From: Candidatus Aenigmatarchaeota archaeon
GTDB lineage: Archaea; Aenigmatarchaeota; Aenigmatarchaeia; PWEA01; JAGHBM01
Direction of reading: 5' to 3'
Length of the DNA stretch: 60,248 nucleotides
NCBI GenBank assembly: GCA_021162085.1
Contig: JAGGZI010000040.1
Span: forward strand, 1-60,248
Positions 19,008 through 27,268 of this stretch are shown here, piece by piece; within the stretch, counting starts at the first letter, position 1; each line of letters starts with the position of its first letter. The translations under genes were made by a program, and so were the position numbers. Below the pieces are notes generated by a model that had not been told where the DNA came from, ran no database searches, and saw nothing but the letters and a program-made list of their open reading frames with translations.

Positions 19008-19979
19008 TTATTTTGAGCTATATTTGTAGTGCTTTCTTTTCCCCGTTCTTTCAATAAGTCCTTTCTTCCATAGATAATTAATGACTCCACCCAAACTACC
19101 TTTACCCAAATCTACCTTTTTGTCCTTAACTTCTTCATATATCGTACTGAAGTCTATGGGTTTCTCATGACTTTTAATTACATCAAAAACAAGTTCATTC
19201 AGAGATTTCTCCCTCTTATTCACGAAGTATCTATAGTTATGCCTTGTGCCTTCCTTATCTATTAAGCCATCGTTGTACATTTGAGAGAGCATCACTGATA
19301 GATATCTATTATCAACTTTTGGATTGAACTCTCTTACCTTTCTCAGTATCTTTTTAAAGTTCTTTGGTTCGCCTGAAAGTTCATCAACGGCTTTAAGAAT
19401 AAATTCTTTTGTTGTCATCTTTCTGACTTTATTACCGTTTATTGGCCTTAAGCGTCCAAAATGAGTCTCAAGAAATTTATCTATGTTTTCCACACCATTT
19501 CGCGATGCAAAATCTTTATACTCTCTGTAGCATTCCATAGGGATGTCATACGTTTCTTTGGTCAGCAAGTGTAGGCTCTCCTTCCATACCTCAAAGGCAA
19601 ATTTTTTCTTGATATCGTCCCTAACCATAAAGATATCATTAACTTCATATTTTCTTTTCAAAAATTCTTCAGCAAGGTTCATTACATCTTCAATTATTTC
19701 AAGAGGTCCATTATCAATTGTTTTGAAAAAATAATTGGTTGTAATCTCTTGTGGTTCTTCCGGGAATAGAATTGACAAGTACTCGTTTGGATGCTCTAAA
19801 AGTTTTTTATGAAATTCTCTAAGCAGACCGTAGACATTTTTTGAAAATTCTTTCTCCATTTCTGTAGAGAGTTGATTATCCTCCGTATCCTCTGAATTGT
19901 TTCTGCTTGGATATATATCCAATATCTTCGCTTCCACATCGTCGTTAAAGGGAATTTCCTCCGATTTTTCTTCAATCAT
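19008..19979 (-). CDS. Hypothetical protein with two C-terminal winged-helix-like repeats
   Basis: Repeated ...MYNDGLIDKEGTRHNYRY... and ...LWKKGLIERTGKRKHYKY... segments resemble tandem wHTH wings. Confidence 0.4.
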   Translation of the reverse strand: MIEEKSEEIPFNDDVEAKILDIYPSRNNSEDTEDNQLSTEMEKEFSKNVYGLLREFHKKLLEHPNEYLSILFPEEPQEITTNYFFKTIDNGPLEIIEDVMNLAEEFLKRKYEVNDIFMVRDDIKKKFAFEVWKESLHLLTKETYDIPMECYREYKDFASRNGVENIDKFLETHFGRLRPINGNKVRKMTTKEFILKAVDELSGEPKNFKKILRKVREFNPKVDNRYLSVMLSQMYNDGLIDKEGTRHNYRYFVNKREKSLNELVFDVIKSHEKPIDFSTIYEEVKDKKVDLGKGSLGGVINYLWKKGLIERTGKRKHYKYSSK

Positions 19980-20030
19980 TTTAAAAAATTAGTGGATTAA
20001 AAAATTTAAACTTTAACTATCAAAAGTTAT

Positions 20031-21233
20031 TTATATCTTACCAAAAAAATCAGACAATCTCATCTGTCTTAGTATTTTACTTCTCTTCACGTATTCTTCT
20101 AATGGTATCCTTAGCCTTGGGCGGATGTAGTCAAGTGCTTCTTTGAGGGTTGAGAATTTCTCACAGTCAGATTTCATGGCATTCCTTACATTCTCGCGCA
20201 CCTGCCAGACACCCACGGGCACGGCATATCCCTCGTAGACTTCTCTAAACACGACGACTCTTGCCTGCCTTTTCATCCTGTGTAATCCTTCTGTAACTCC
20301 AAATCTTGATGCATAGTATCCGCCAGCCTGTTTGTCAGCGTATTTTGTTCTTCCTGTAAATGGCTCGTATTCCTCTATTATCTCAGTTTTTTTCAGGTTA
20401 TGTGACCAGAAAGAACCAGGTGCCCACGCCTCAAAGTTTTCAAATTCCCAGTTTCCAGGTATAAGGAGCACCAAGAATTTATTGTTCAAAAAATTTGACT
20501 CGTAAACCTGAAATTCATTCACCGATGGATATTCTCTAATGTAGTTCAGAAGGTTTTTTGCTACTATGTCATCAATTGCCGTTATGCTCCATCTTGTTGG
20601 AACCATCTTTTTATCTGTTCCGAGAACTCCTGCTGAGAACACAGTGGTTATCTTGTAAATATCTATGCCTTTTTCATAAAGAATGGATACTGAATCATTT
20701 GCCTTCATTTCATCATTGGCGACTCTTTCAAGGGTTCTCTTTATTTTTATGTTTTCAGTTGTCTTCATCTCCTTGATGATCGCGGATGGACCCATTGGCC
20801 TGACTATATCAGAAAAGCTCATGTGATGCGATGGTGGGGATTTAAATTTTATTTCAACGTCTGTTGGCTTCTTTGCCATGGAAAGGAGCTTATTTTCTTC
20901 AACAAATCTTGATTTTGATTTCACATTCGCCTTGTATCTGGACCTTAGTATAAGCGAGCTCATGTCAATTATTTTTTCATAGTTCATTCCAAACCATTTT
21001 CCGGGGCTGTCTGCAATCTTTGCCTGACCTACCTCTATAACTGATAGTGGTCCAATGAATACACTTGGGTATCCAATCCTTCCCACGAAGACGGATATAC
21101 TTGGTCCAAAGAATTCGTCCGATAATTTTCTCTCCTTGAAGTAATTCATACTTCTGAGCAGTGGGCAATATCCAAGTCCGCATAAATTTCTAGAACCTTT
21201 ACAATACAGACAAAGTTGTGCAGGAGAGACCAT
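20031..21233 (-). CDS. Nre-family archaeal DNA repair protein
   Basis: N-terminal Cys cluster CLYCKGSRNLCGLGYCP and overall length match the archaeal NreA/NreB (DUF650/DUF651) architecture as I recall it. Confidence 0.7.
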   Translation of the reverse strand: MVSPAQLCLYCKGSRNLCGLGYCPLLRSMNYFKERKLSDEFFGPSISVFVGRIGYPSVFIGPLSVIEVGQAKIADSPGKWFGMNYEKIIDMSSLILRSRYKANVKSKSRFVEENKLLSMAKKPTDVEIKFKSPPSHHMSFSDIVRPMGPSAIIKEMKTTENIKIKRTLERVANDEMKANDSVSILYEKGIDIYKITTVFSAGVLGTDKKMVPTRWSITAIDDIVAKNLLNYIREYPSVNEFQVYESNFLNNKFLVLLIPGNWEFENFEAWAPGSFWSHNLKKTEIIEEYEPFTGRTKYADKQAGGYYASRFGVTEGLHRMKRQARVVVFREVYEGYAVPVGVWQVRENVRNAMKSDCEKFSTLKEALDYIRPRLRIPLEEYVKRSKILRQMRLSDFFGKI

Positions 21234-21291
21234 AATAATGATTTATTCAAGAAGAAATAAATAATCAAAAATAAAAAAATAAGAAAAGGGT

Positions 21292-21594
21292 TTATCTTTT
21301 TCTTTTGGCCTTTTTCTTTGATGGTTTCTTGGTCTTTGGCTCTTCTTCAATCTCGGGAACCACTGGAGTTTTAAGTTCTTCACTTTCTATCCAGACTATC
21401 AATGCACCCAAGATTATTATTGTAGGTGGTATAATTCCCTTAAGGACGATTAGAAAATCACTCCACCAATCAAAGATCGCTAGACTTTTTGGTTTTATTG
21501 CAGTTAATCCATACGATGGATTCGATGGTACTAACAGCCAAAGTCCTATTATGATTAATATTATCCCTATGATTGCTTTTGCTGCTGCATGCAT
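21292..21594 (-). CDS. Small two-TM membrane protein with Lys-rich tail
   Basis: Hydrophobic segments IIGIILIIIGLWLLV and IIPPTIIILGALIVWI; tail KTKKPSKKKAKRKR. Confidence 0.45.
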   Translation of the reverse strand: MHAAAKAIIGIILIIIGLWLLVPSNPSYGLTAIKPKSLAIFDWWSDFLIVLKGIIPPTIIILGALIVWIESEELKTPVVPEIEEEPKTKKPSKKKAKRKR

Positions 21595-21722
21595 CTATTT
21601 AAACCTCCTTTTATAGTATTTTAAGTATAACTTTAAATCATTAATAAATATTTATATTTAAAGTTTTTTAATTAATATAAACCCACGATGTGCCATTTTG
21701 GTGAAGGTTGAGAGGTGAGCGA

Positions 21723-22292
21723 ATGGGACTTTATCAGAGAGTTAGTGAGTTATGGAAGAGACCAAAGGAGAGTCTTGGAGATTTGTGGAAGGAAAGATTA
21801 ATTAAATGGAGAAGAGAGGAATCCGTAGTTAGGATTGAAAATCCCACCAGAATCGACAGGGCAAGGAACTTGGGCTACAAGGCAAAGCAAGGATACATTC
21901 TGGCAAGAGTTAGGTTGAGGAGAGGAGGCAGAAAGAGGCCAAAGCCAGCTGGAGGAAGAAAACCTTCAAAGGCAGGTCTTGTTAAGTTCACACCAGATAA
22001 AGGACTGAGATGGATAGCAGAAGAAAGGGCAGCAAGAAAATTTCCAAACCTTGAAGTCTTGAACTCTTACTATGTGGGGGAGGATGGAGTATACAAGTGG
22101 TATGAAGTGATACTTGTTGATCCAAATCACCCTGTGATAAAAAAAGACCCCAAGATAAACTGGATAGTTCATGATAAAGGAAGAGTTTTCAGGGGAAGAA
22201 CGTCGGCAGGTCAGAGGGCGAGAGGTCTAAGAGGGAGGGGCAAAGGATTTGAAAAGGCTCGCCCATCAAAAAGAAAAAGGTTATCAAAATAA
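21723..22292 (+). CDS. rpl15e: 50S ribosomal protein L15e
   Basis: [16 protein letters not shown]..., [12 protein letters not shown], very basic. ATG 21723 preferred over the TTG 21708 of the ORF track. Confidence 0.92.
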   Translation: MGLYQRVSELWKRPKESLGDLWKERLIKWRREESVVRIENPTRIDRARNLGYKAKQGYILARVRLRRGGRKRPKPAGGRKPSKAGLVKFTPDKGLRWIAEERAARKFPNLEVLNSYYVGEDGVYKWYEVILVDPNHPVIKKDPKINWIVHDKGRVFRGRTSAGQRARGLRGRGKGFEKARPSKRKRLSK

Positions 22293-22387
22293 GAAGACAA
22301 TTGTCGATTTCTTTGATTTTTATTAATTATGTATTTCTAATAATAAATTGGGGAACGAAGGAGCAAAAATTAAAAATGGTAGATTTA

Positions 22388-22540
22388 ATGGATTTTTATG
22401 ATTTTGCGATAAGGATGGAAAAACAAAACTTAAAAATCTAAAGAGGGATGTATAGATGGATTTTTATGATTTTGCGATAAGGATGGAAAAACAAAACTTA
22501 AAAATCTAAAGAGGGATGTATAGATGGATTTTTATGATTT
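22388..22540 (+). repeat. Perfect 68-bp tandem duplication (2 copies plus a 17-nt partial third copy that is the rnp3 start)
   Basis: 22388-22455 and 22456-22523 are identical (ATGGATTTTTATGATTTTGCGATAAGG...AGAGGGATGTATAG). 22524-22540 repeats the first 17 nt and is the real gene start. A degenerate partial copy lies at about 22362-22387. Confidence 0.9.
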
Positions 22541-23213
22541 GCATGCTCACGTTGAAGATTTGAAAAGTGTGGAAGAAATAGTTGAGATAGCCAAGAGGAT
22601 AGGATATTCTGGAATAGGTTTGACTGTTAAGTATGCCAATATAGGAGAATTAAGGAGACTAAAGGAAAAAATAAATGAACTCAAAAGTGGAATTGATATA
22701 GCAACCTGTGTTGAGATAGATGCCAGCGGGGTTAAGGAGCTCAGGAGAAAGGTCTCCAAGGCGAGAAAGCTCTCTGAAGTGATCGTAGTTTCTGGTGGTG
22801 ATTATAAAATCAATCGGGCTGCGTGTGAGGATTCACGAGTTGATATACTGGCTCATCCGGAATACAAGAGATCCGACTCTGGGATTGACCATATAGTTGT
22901 CCGCGCCGCCCATGAGAACAACGTGGCAATAGAGATAAATTTTCATGAAATTTTAGAGACGTACAGGAAGATAAGGGCCCATGTATTAAGTCATATGAGA
23001 AGGAATGTGATGCTTGCCGAAGAATACAATGCACCAATCATAATAACTTCTGGAGCAAGGAGCAAGTGGGAGTTGAGAGGTCCGAGGGAACTCTCGTCCG
23101 TGGGCCAAGTCCTCGGAATGAGTCTGGAGAATTCTATGAAGTCAGTATCTGACGTACCAAGGCTCATCGTTGAGACCAACAGAAGAAAACTCAAGGTGTT
23201 GCCTCATGGCTGA
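22524..23213 (+). CDS. rnp3: RNase P protein component 3 (Rpp30, PHP-like)
   Basis: MDFYDLHAHV start typical of Rpp30/PHP domains. Size ~229 aa. 8-nt overlap with the downstream Pop5 gene (ATGGCTGA). Confidence 0.8.
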   Translation: MDFYDLHAHVEDLKSVEEIVEIAKRIGYSGIGLTVKYANIGELRRLKEKINELKSGIDIATCVEIDASGVKELRRKVSKARKLSEVIVVSGGDYKINRAACEDSRVDILAHPEYKRSDSGIDHIVVRAAHENNVAIEINFHEILETYRKIRAHVLSHMRRNVMLAEEYNAPIIITSGARSKWELRGPRELSSVGQVLGMSLENSMKSVSDVPRLIVETNRRKLKVLPHG

Positions 23214-23601
23214 TATACCAAAAACTTTGCCACCAACGCTGAGGGGTAAGAAAAGATACATAGTATTTGAGATAATAAGTGAAAAGAAGTTGGAGTTCTC
23301 TGAAATTCTAAATGCGTTCTGGCATTCCATACTCAATTTCATGGGGGAGATGGGAACATCCAGGACAAATATATGGTTTGTAAAGGATATGTGGGAAGAA
23401 AAAAATCAGCGTGGTTTGATTAGATGCAATCACAAGCAGGTTGAGTACGTCAGAGTGGCACTGGCGCTCATAGACAGAATTGGTGATGTTCAGGTAATTC
23501 CATTCACCCTTGGCGTCAGCGGAACTATGAAAGCTGCAAAGAGAAAATTTTTTGGAGAGCGAACCCTGGAGGATTTCGAAGTTCCACCTGAAGAATCTTA
23601 G
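23206..23601 (+). CDS. rnp2: RNase P protein component 2 (Pop5)
   Basis: LPPTLRGKKRYIVFEI... N-terminus typical of archaeal Pop5. ATG 23206 overlaps the rnp3 stop, so the TTG 23170 extension is rejected. Confidence 0.8.
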   Translation: MADIPKTLPPTLRGKKRYIVFEIISEKKLEFSEILNAFWHSILNFMGEMGTSRTNIWFVKDMWEEKNQRGLIRCNHKQVEYVRVALALIDRIGDVQVIPFTLGVSGTMKAAKRKFFGERTLEDFEVPPEES

Positions 23602-23874
23602 AGTGATGGCCAGGTAATAATATGGAAGTTATTCTGGATTAAATATGTCTATAAACCGAAGCATCCATTGGAGAGCGAAGATGCAGAAATTCTGGAAATG
23701 AAGTTGAAAAATAAAATCTAGTATTTAAGTGAATCTTCAAATATGTTAGAATTGTACTCTCATATGAAGAGAATTCTCTTAATTTTGGTCCCATTGTTGT
23801 TTTTGATTTTCTCTTTTCAGGCAAGGCGCGCAACTTAACTGTGAATTTTAGAAATTTAATTTTTGTCAGCTAAG

Positions 23875-24119
23875 TGGTGCGGGGGACGAGATCTTCGTAG
23901 GGCGATAAAGCTTTCTTTCGCTGTTTCGAATTCACGGATCCATTCTTTTTCACACATGCCTCAAAGTTTCTTTTCCCTAGAGGCTTTTCTTTGTGAAAGA
24001 AAAGGCTCTCTCGCGAAGCGCCTACGCGCACAAGGCCCTCAACCTTGCCCCATATCCAATTGACTGCACAAACTTAAGCTTCATGCAGGCCAATTTTTTG
24101 ACCACTCGGGCACCCCCGC
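23875..24119 (-). tRNA. tRNA-Leu(GAG), class II, encoded CCA, three predicted introns (D-loop, 53/54, 59/60)
   Basis: Minus strand reads GCGGGGG-UG-CCC-GAGUGGUCAAA[~45 nt]GGG-G-CAAGG-UUGAGGG-CCUUG-U-GCGC-GUAG-GCGC-UUC-GCGAG[79 nt]UUCGAA[33 nt]U-CUCGU-CCCCCGC-A-CCA. Acceptor stem is perfect. The spliced product would be about 88 nt, like known archaeal tRNA-Leu. Confidence 0.75.
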
Positions 24120-24179
24120 ACGCTAATATTTATATACTTCATTCTTTTTATCTTTATTTAAAATTATAAGGTGTGAAAA

Positions 24180-25325
24180 ATGCATACTAATTTTCTCAGC
24201 ATAAGAAAAATCGGATTGAATAAAGAGATTAAAGAGATATATCTCAATCGTTTCTTGCAGAGCTTCTCTCTTGGTTTAATAGGAATATTTGTTCCAATTC
24301 ATTTAATGAGAATAGGTTATTCATTAAATCAAGCAATTACATATCTTATAATGATATATCTTGGGATGATGATTTTTGTTCCATTAGCTTCCAAGATCAG
24401 TTCCATAATAGGGATAAAGCACACGATATCTATAACATTTCCAATATGGATTCTCTATTTTTATCTCCTTTTTTCTCTAAAATTTCCAGACTCTGATTAT
24501 CTCCTTATAGGTATGTTGTATGGGCTTGCAAACGTAATTTATTGGGTACCATTAAACACAGATTTCTCAAGTAATGTAGAAAAGATAAGAATAGGCGAGG
24601 AATTCGGTATAATGAGAATAATACCATTTTTAACCAACATGATAAGCCCTCTCGTTGGAGCGTTCATAATAACGTACATGGGATTTGATAACCTCATAAT
24701 TGTTGTGTGTTTATTACTTCTGATATCTTTGGTTCCACTGTTCCTAACAAAGGACTACAAATTTAAGTTTGGTTATGATTGGAAGAAAATGTTCAACAAG
24801 AAGCACTTTGTATTTCTCGGCGATTTTATTATGAAGGGAATCATATTCGGCTCAAATGTTCTCTGGCCCATATATGTTTTCATTTCATTTGGCTCTAGGG
24901 GTGTTATAAATGTTGGTTTGGCAGCTTCATTTGGAGCAATCGGCTCCATAATATTCACATTCTTTGTTGGTAGTCTATGCGACAGGTATGACAAGGTCAA
25001 ATTACTTAAAATGGGTGGTCTAGCTAATTTCGTTGTATGGACATCCGCTATAATTTTTGTTTCACCGATGGCAGTTCTATTGCTTTCCTTCATTAAGGGA
25101 CTTTTATTCATTCTCATAGACATGCCTATGTTCATCATAGCGTGTGAGCAAACTGACAACAAGAACAATATAGAGTTCATGTCATTTAGAGAGATAGGGC
25201 TTTGTACAGGAAGATTAATTATACTCGCTCTTGCTTTTCTGAGTATACTTTCACTTAAATTCCCTACGGTATTTTTAGTTGCATCTATTGCTTCGTTGTA
25301 TTTTACTCTCTCAAGGATAAAGTGA
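24180..25325 (+). CDS. Polytopic membrane transporter, MFS-like
   Basis: About 12 hydrophobic segments in two halves separated by a KDYKFKFGYDWKKMFNKKH loop. No specific subfamily recognised. Confidence 0.55.
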   Translation: MHTNFLSIRKIGLNKEIKEIYLNRFLQSFSLGLIGIFVPIHLMRIGYSLNQAITYLIMIYLGMMIFVPLASKISSIIGIKHTISITFPIWILYFYLLFSLKFPDSDYLLIGMLYGLANVIYWVPLNTDFSSNVEKIRIGEEFGIMRIIPFLTNMISPLVGAFIITYMGFDNLIIVVCLLLLISLVPLFLTKDYKFKFGYDWKKMFNKKHFVFLGDFIMKGIIFGSNVLWPIYVFISFGSRGVINVGLAASFGAIGSIIFTFFVGSLCDRYDKVKLLKMGGLANFVVWTSAIIFVSPMAVLLLSFIKGLLFILIDMPMFIIACEQTDNKNNIEFMSFREIGLCTGRLIILALAFLSILSLKFPTVFLVASIASLYFTLSRIK

Positions 25326-25326
25326 G

Positions 25327-26514
25327 CTATCTTCTCCAGTTTCTTTTATATTCATATCTGAAAGAATTTCTGTTTTTCCTATTTTCGTAGTCCCTCTTGA
25401 ATTTTAAGATTTTTATGTCTGGAACTTCCATTTTCTCTATGTTGTAAGAGAAAGTTGTTATTATCTTTCTGAATGAACTATGGTCATCCGTGGTTAATAG
25501 GGATATCGCCTTTCCTGACTTTCCTGCCCTTGCAGTTCTCCCTATTCTGTTTGTATACTCATCTGGATTTTTCGGTATGTTGTAGTTGAATATGTGGGTC
25601 ACACTTTCTATGTCAAGTCCTCGAGCAGCTACATCGGTTGCAACAAGGATATTGATTTTTTTGTTGCGGAATTTCTCGATAACCTTTTCCCTTCTTTGTT
25701 GTGATAGTCCACCATGTAGTGCTTCAACATTTATGCCATTCTCCATGAGATTTCTTGATACGGAGTCCACGTATCTTCTGGTATTACAAAAGACTATTGC
25801 AAGGCTAGGAGTTTCCTCTTTTATAAGATGAACTAGCAATGAGAACTTTCTCCTGTAGTCAATATCACAATAGTATTGCTTTAGTAAGCTTTCTTCAACT
25901 TTATTTCTTGTCTTTATCCTTTTGGGATTTTTTGTGAATCTGGTTGCAATTCCTTTCAAATTTTCTGGCATGGTGGCGCTGAAGAGCAGAGTCTGTCTTT
26001 CCTTAGGTAGATTACTTTCGATTCTTTTTATATCGTCTATGAATCCCATGTCTATCATTCTATCCGCTTCATCCAAAACGAATATCTTAACGTTACTTAA
26101 ATTCATGTTTCTTCTTCTTATGTGGTCGAGTAACCTTCCAGGTGTCCCAACAACTATTTCGGCATTGCTCAATCCTCTTATTTGAGGTTCCATTGAGACC
26201 CCTCCATAGACTGTCTGCACATGGATTTTTTTCTTGCTGGAATACTCTCCTAAGTTTTTTGCTATCTGCAATACCAACTCTCTTGTCGGTGCTAAGACCA
26301 GTGCTTGAATCCCTCGCCCCTCAACGACTTTTTCTACCAATGGTATTCCAAAGGCAGCGGTTTTTCCAGAACCAGTCTCGGACTGCCCTATAACATCATA
26401 ACCCTTTTTAATTATTGGTATTGTTTCGTGCTGTATTTTTGTCGGGTTTTCAAATCCTATTTCATTCAACGAATCCAAGATACTCTCTTCAATATTCATA
26501 TCTTTAAATTTCAT
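25327..26514 (-). CDS. DEAD-box ATP-dependent RNA helicase
   Basis: Q-motif region, GSGKTAAF, PTRELV, VLDEADRM, SAT, ARGLD and HRIGRTARAG-type (NRIGRTARAG) motifs. Confidence 0.92.
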   Translation of the reverse strand: MKFKDMNIEESILDSLNEIGFENPTKIQHETIPIIKKGYDVIGQSETGSGKTAAFGIPLVEKVVEGRGIQALVLAPTRELVLQIAKNLGEYSSKKKIHVQTVYGGVSMEPQIRGLSNAEIVVGTPGRLLDHIRRRNMNLSNVKIFVLDEADRMIDMGFIDDIKRIESNLPKERQTLLFSATMPENLKGIATRFTKNPKRIKTRNKVEESLLKQYYCDIDYRRKFSLLVHLIKEETPSLAIVFCNTRRYVDSVSRNLMENGINVEALHGGLSQQRREKVIEKFRNKKINILVATDVAARGLDIESVTHIFNYNIPKNPDEYTNRIGRTARAGKSGKAISLLTTDDHSSFRKIITTFSYNIEKMEVPDIKILKFKRDYENRKNRNSFRYEYKRNWRR

Positions 26515-26664
26515 GTTATCAACTCCTAATAAAAAGTCACAAAAGCAATAGAATTAGTATTATAAACTAACGCTATTTGACACGATTTAATATCGCGGCT
26601 CTGTACTTTTTGTTTTTAAAACTATTAGCATCGTTAAGTATTTAAAGGTTAAAATTGGTTAAAT

Positions 26665-26951
26665 TGGTGCTCCCGCCGGGAGATTTCCAGCACGAAGCAC
26701 ACTACGTGTGCTTCAACCCCTTTCCATCAACATCACCAAAGTTTCTTTGGAAGTACAGAAACTTTCTTTGTGAAAGAAAGGATCTGTTTTGAACCCGGGT
26801 CTCGAGCTCTCTCCAAAGTTTTAGTTTTGCTTAAAGCTTTTTCTAAAAACTTACGAGAGGCTCGCATCCTTAGCCATTGTCCAAACCTTCCTTTTCTTTT
26901 CCTGAAGGATTTCTTTTTGTGAAAAAGAAAGGCTTCCTAGACTACGGGAGC
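26665..26951 (-). tRNA. tRNA-Glu(CUC), encoded CCA, three predicted introns (D-loop ~58 nt, 37/38 45 nt, 59/60 ~106 nt)
   Basis: Minus strand reads GCUCCCG-UA-GUCU-AG[intron]AAUGGCUAA-GGAU-G-CGAGC-CUCUCG[intron]A-GCUCG-AGAC-CCGGG-UUCAAA[intron]U-CCCGG-CGGGAGC-A-CCA. It closely parallels known archaeal tRNA-Glu. The spliced length would be about 78 nt. Confidence 0.7.
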
Positions 26952-26990
26952 ATTCTTAATTCATTATGTATTTTGCATTTTTATTATTTT

Positions 26991-27163
26991 TGGCGGGCCT
27001 GGAGGGACACTCAAAAGTTTGTCGACTTAGTGTAGTCCAAGTTTGTGCATCCAACTTCACTCGAACCCCCAATCTCTCGGTTTCTTAGATACCTTAGTTT
27101 TGATGAAACTTTTTCTAAAGTTTCTCCGAAGCCGAGCGCGTTATCCAGTTACGCTACAGGCCC
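26991..27163 (-). tRNA. tRNA-Arg(UCG), encoded CCA, two predicted introns (37/38 44 nt, 59/60 ~52 nt)
   Basis: Minus strand reads GGGCCUG-UA-GCGU-AACUGGAUA-ACGC-G-CUCGG-CUUCGG[intron]A-CCGAG-AGAUU-GGGGG-UUCGAG[intron]U-CCCUC-CAGGCCC-G-CCA. The spliced length would be 77 nt. Confidence 0.75.
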
Positions 27164-27268
27164 TCATGAAAATTAAAATTTTTCATTCAATAAAAGCACA
27201 TACTGCGTATGTGTCAGTATATTTTATTTTTTGTAAGGTTTAAATCTTTTTTTAGCCTATTTATATGC

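Noticed and set aside
22388-22540. Could the 68-bp direct repeats be a tiny CRISPR array?
   Set aside because: The copies are directly adjacent with no spacers. The unit is too long and contains the gene's own RBS and start codon. No cas genes or leader are in the window.
23602-23874. 273-bp gene-free spacer between rnp2 and the tRNA-Leu 3' end, containing a 12-nt palindrome (AGAGAATTCTCT) and ORF-track entry 23639..23833.
   Set aside because: No tRNA, rRNA, SRP or RNase P RNA signatures are visible. The 64-aa ORF has no SD and an odd composition. It is left unannotated, and a small ncRNA cannot be excluded without RNA-seq.
23863-24063. 66-aa ORF (and likewise 27043..27243) predicted by the ORF track.
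   Set aside because: Both lie entirely inside the intron-containing tRNA-Leu and tRNA-Arg genes on the opposite strand. Their GC-rich Arg/Ala/Gly-rich translation reflects tRNA exon sequence, not coding potential.
24120-26664. Integrated mobile element between tRNA-Leu and tRNA-Glu, since tRNA genes are common integration sites.
   Set aside because: The interval holds only an MFS-like transporter and a DEAD-box helicase. It has no integrase or transposase, no att-like duplication of the tRNA 3' ends, and no visible compositional change.
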